Source: Octopus vulgaris (Eukaryota). From it: a stretch of DNA of 64,000 bases. This document shows, one piece after another, positions 62,621 through 64,000 of the stretch. The stretch lies in NCBI GenBank assembly GCA_951406725.2, contig OX597816.1, positions 136,152,001 to 136,216,000 on the forward strand, in the 5' to 3' direction. A program made the translations under genes and the position numbers. Position 1 is the stretch's first letter, and every line of letters begins with the position of its first letter. Below the pieces are notes generated by a model, which searched no databases, had not been told where the DNA came from, and was given only the letters and a program-made list of their open reading frames with translations.

Positions 62621-63499
62621 AAAGTGAAAGTATTATATAACAGGGCAACGACACCACAGTCGGCGCTATAGCGATCAGAGCTCGCTCTGGGCGCCATTGG
62701 GCTGAGTGTTCAAGGCTACGACACCACAGTCGGCGCCTTGGCTTGGCTTGAAAGAAAGAAAGAAAGAAAGAAAGAATTTCAATTATATATAGAGAACGAC
62801 AGCGTGAAGGCAGCATAAAAAAAAACTCTTCCTCTGTTGTTGGCAGTTTTACCTACTCCGCATTGCAACGAGATGCGTCTTCATCAAAGCAATTGCTCCC
62901 CTAAAGCAAATTAAATAAAATTTGAGATACGTGGAACGTCAAAGCTGCAAACAAAATCAGGACAGTGAAAACATTCGGTAAGGGCTGTTTAACTCTGACG
63001 AGGTGAAGTGGTGAACGCTGGAGAAAAAAAGCTTTGTCAAGAGACAGACAAGAATGCGTTTTATAGTTATAAGCTGAACGAGAAGAAAAAGAATTGCATT
63101 TAGAAATAGAGATCTAAAATTATTGAGGACAGAATTTCAGTTAAAAATAGAGAACTATAAATATTGAATTATGCATAAAGTGGTGGCTTACATTGGGGCT
63201 TCCAATTTCTCTGTAAAATATAAGATAATCGCAAAATCATCGCACATGTCACCATCGATTACAAACACCGGTGGAAGATAAAAGTTCCAGAGGACATTCT
63301 TGTTCTTTCATTCGTACAAGTATCGTATTATGTTTCGGCTTAAAATAAATTATAGATACAAATATAATGTACAGAAATATATAAAAACCAGAATAGAAAA
63401 TAAACGTCTTAGGCATATAAAATGAGATAACATGAGATATCAAGGTGTTATAAACTTGAAACCTACTAGAATATCATAGATTATATATATCATGTCATC

Positions 63500-64000
63500 C
63501 AATCAGTTCTGTCCAATTTTACCATTCCATATGACCCCTTCTTCCAATCCAGTGAGGAAAAGTGTCATTAAGCCAATCTCTAACAGTTGTGCAAAATGGG
63601 TAGGGGCCCCATCCTGCTGAAACCAATTCGGAAAGCCCTTGCCTAGGTGTTCAATTTCAGATATTAATTTGTCTCTCAATATGTTTACATAAGTCTCATC
63701 CGTTACATGTTCAATGAAGAAGGGTCCTAGAACATGAGCTTTCCACAAACCACACCACACCATCACCTTTTTGCTGTCTTGCTGTTTGGATGGATCCATC
63801 CAATGTGGATTGCCTCGAGATCAGTATAGAAGATTCTGTCTGTTGACCTCACCATTTACATAAAACGTAGCTTTGTCACTGAACAACACAAAGTTTTTCG
63901 TAAAATTGATATTTTCATCCAATTTATCTAAAAACCATTCGCACGTCTACATTCGTCTATCAGGATCGTCTTCATTTAAGTGATGCAATATCTGTAGGTT
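63500..64000 (-). mobile_element. Tc1/mariner transposase fragment, runs off the window end
   Basis: LHHLNEDDPDRRM*..., VLFSDKATFYVNGEVNRQN, then ORF 63503..63799 KVMVWCGL....VLGPFFIE..V....Y...L...WFQQDGAPTH. Confidence 0.88.

Overview
AT-rich, repeat-dense eukaryotic genomic DNA. The SINE/LINE families and (TA)n/(CAT)n microsatellites look like an octopus (coleoid cephalopod) genome; this is inferred from repeat content. One complete protein-coding gene can be assembled by hand: a 10-exon RRS1 (ribosome biogenesis regulatory protein) on the + strand, CDS 21638-54069, 1011 nt / 336 aa, all introns GT-AG and in phase. Its promoter has ETS, E-box and CCAAT motifs. The rest is mostly transposon debris: RTE LINE copies whose 3' UTR carries a variable-number array of ~62-bp double-hairpin units, Penelope-like (PLE) fragments, R4/Dong- and HERO-like endonuclease relics, hAT, piggyBac, Merlin/ISXO2, Tc1/mariner and Helitron-like pieces, several tRNA-derived SINE families and MITEs. 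Most ORF-track ORFs are repeat or microsatellite artefacts. The notable observations are: (i) a cluster of fold-back palindromes in the first 7 kb, each turning at or next to a hammerhead-ribozyme-like motif; (ii) the expanding hairpin array in the RTE 3' UTR; (iii) splice signals suggesting an unannotated divergent transcript from the RRS1 promoter; (iv) a near-identical 952-bp direct duplication bracketing an inverted RTE duplication; (v) an internally deleted piggyBac with intact ends 61 bp from an RRS1 micro-exon. Repeat boundaries are approximate unless TSDs or TIRs are quoted.
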